64,000 nucleotides of DNA from Candidatus Parcubacteria bacterium. Its GTDB lineage: Bacteria > Patescibacteriota > Patescibacteriia > Patescibacteriales > UBA12465. This document shows positions 62,923 to 64,000 of this stretch, piece after piece. The stretch lies in the NCBI GenBank assembly GCA_023444045.1, contig JAEZRQ010000005.1:37726-101725 (forward strand), in the 5' to 3' direction. The translations under genes were made by a program, and so were the position numbers. Position 1 is the first letter of the stretch; the number at the start of each line of letters is the position of its first letter. The notes beneath the pieces were generated by a model. It was not told the DNA's origin and did not search any database. It saw only the letters and a list, made by a program, of their open reading frames with translations.

Positions 62923-64000
62923 TTATTTTTTTAAATTATTACAGATTTTAACAAATTCCACAAATAAAGGGTGCGGTGCCAGTGGCCGAGAAATATATTC
63001 CGGATGAAATTGAACACCGATAAAGAAGGGATGGTTTTTTAACTCTACCGCTTCTACAATCTGACCATCAGGTGAGGTGCCAGCAATTATCAATCCTAAC
63101 TTTTCAAACTTTTCTCGGTACTCATTATTAAATTCAAAACGATGGCGATGACGCTCACTGATTGTTTTTTGTTTGGTAAATTGCTCATACGCTAAGGCTA
63201 AATGTGTACCAGCGGTTATTTTACAAGGCCAACCACCAAGTCTAATAGTCCCTCCATAACCTTTCTCGGCAATTAATTTAGCTTGATCGGGCATAATATG
63301 GATGACGGGATTTTTAGTTTTGGGATTTACTTCAGCTGAATTGGCATCTGATAATTTAGCCACGTTTCTGGCAAACTCAATCACCGCCATTTGCATACCA
63401 TAACACAGTCCAAAATAAGGGATTTTCTTTTCACGGCAATACTTAATAGTCTGAATCTTGCCTTCCGCTCCCCGGCTACCCCAACCTTGAGGAACGATGA
63501 TGCCATCTAGACCTTTAAGAACTTTAATCCCATCTTTTTCAACATCCTCAGCATTAATCCAGTGTAAATTAACTTTTACCCGGTTATGAGCACCAGCGTG
63601 TTTTGCGGCTTCAATTACCGAAATATAGGAATCAGTTAAAGAAAACTCACCGGTTGAAAAATATTTTCCTACAATACCCACTTCAACACTGCCCTTCGGA
63701 TTCTTAATACTGGCAACCATTTTTTTCCAAGCTTCGTTCTTTGTTTCCTTAAATCTAAGAGGTAAACTTAATTTCTCTAAAATTCTTTGACTAATATTAT
63801 CCTTTTCAAAATTAAGCGGAATATCATAAATTGAGCTGGCATCAGGAGCGCTGATAACATCTTCAATCGCCACATTACAATTAATCGCCAATTTTTCTTT
63901 ACGGTGATTATCTAGTGGTTTTTCACTGCGAGCGACAATTAAATCCGGTTGAATACCAGCACCTTGCAGGTTACGCACCGCATGCTGAGTGGGTTTAGTT
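62923..64000 (-). CDS. pyrG: CTP synthase, C-terminal part (5' end beyond the window)
   Basis: The reading frame stays open to the window edge (...PTQHAVRNLQGAGIQPDLIVARSE). Glutamine amidotransferase triad region GLCYGMQ and HRHRFEFN. Confidence 0.92.
   Translation of the reverse strand, partial: TKPTQHAVRNLQGAGIQPDLIVARSEKPLDNHRKEKLAINCNVAIEDVISAPDASSIYDIPLNFEKDNISQRILEKLSLPLRFKETKNEAWKKMVASIKNPKGSVEVGIVGKYFSTGEFSLTDSYISVIEAAKHAGAHNRVKVNLHWINAEDVEKDGIKVLKGLDGIIVPQGWGSRGAEGKIQTIKYCREKKIPYFGLCYGMQMAVIEFARNVAKLSDANSAEVNPKTKNPVIHIMPDQAKLIAEKGYGGTIRLGGWPCKITAGTHLALAYEQFTKQKTISERHRHRFEFNNEYREKFEKLGLIIAGTSPDGQIVEAVELKNHPFFIGVQFHPEYISRPLAPHPLFVEFVKICNNLKK

Overview
Gene-dense, AT-rich bacterial chromosome segment with about 60 credible CDS. 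It reads with the standard code: TGA is used as a stop, e.g. 48223-48225.

Taxonomy (inference only): the content resembles a small-genome CPR/Patescibacteria (Parcubacteria-like) organism. Supporting traits are a compact contiguous uvrB-uvrA-uvrC, a DUF4012-type protein, a type IV pilin-like gene, two O-antigen-ligase-like membrane proteins, an ECF sigma with a DUF5667-like anti-sigma, many exported hypothetical proteins, almost no Shine-Dalgarno sequences, and many near-consensus TTGACA-17-TATAAT promoters.

Housekeeping genes recognised: ackA, IMPDH/GMP-reductase family, csp, ABC-F ATPase, uvrBAC, rplJ-rplL, gltX, alr, serS, dnaX, rpmA, HU, rlmH, mscL, and pyrG (partial). Envelope and polysaccharide genes dominate 19.7-31.5 kb. 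I recognised no rRNA, tRNA, CRISPR array, transposase or reverse transcriptase.

Main leads:
1. A 3-kb exported-protein island (25.9-28.9 kb) inside the polysaccharide cluster, framed by mirror-image homologous 5' modules. Their core, GTAwATTAACAAC-N14-16-ATG, recurs at other exported-protein genes.
2. An ECF sigma / anti-sigma pair followed by an ORF-free, hairpin-rich leader of about 380-415 nt and a 1196-aa (1207 aa from the alternative ATG) Thr/Ser/Ala/Val-rich surface protein.
3. A promoter-to-terminator structured RNA of about 125 nt just upstream of the pilin-like gene.
4. A ferredoxin / acidic protein / VirD4-HerA-like ATPase trio heading an 11-kb, 10-gene tightly packed minus-strand array that mixes dnaX, serS and alr with exported proteins.
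5. A 57-bp tandem-repeat coiled-coil gene next to a small HTH gene.

Limits: all calls come from reading the sequence and the supplied ORF track. No database search or folding computation was run. GC statements are hand counts of single 60-nt lines.
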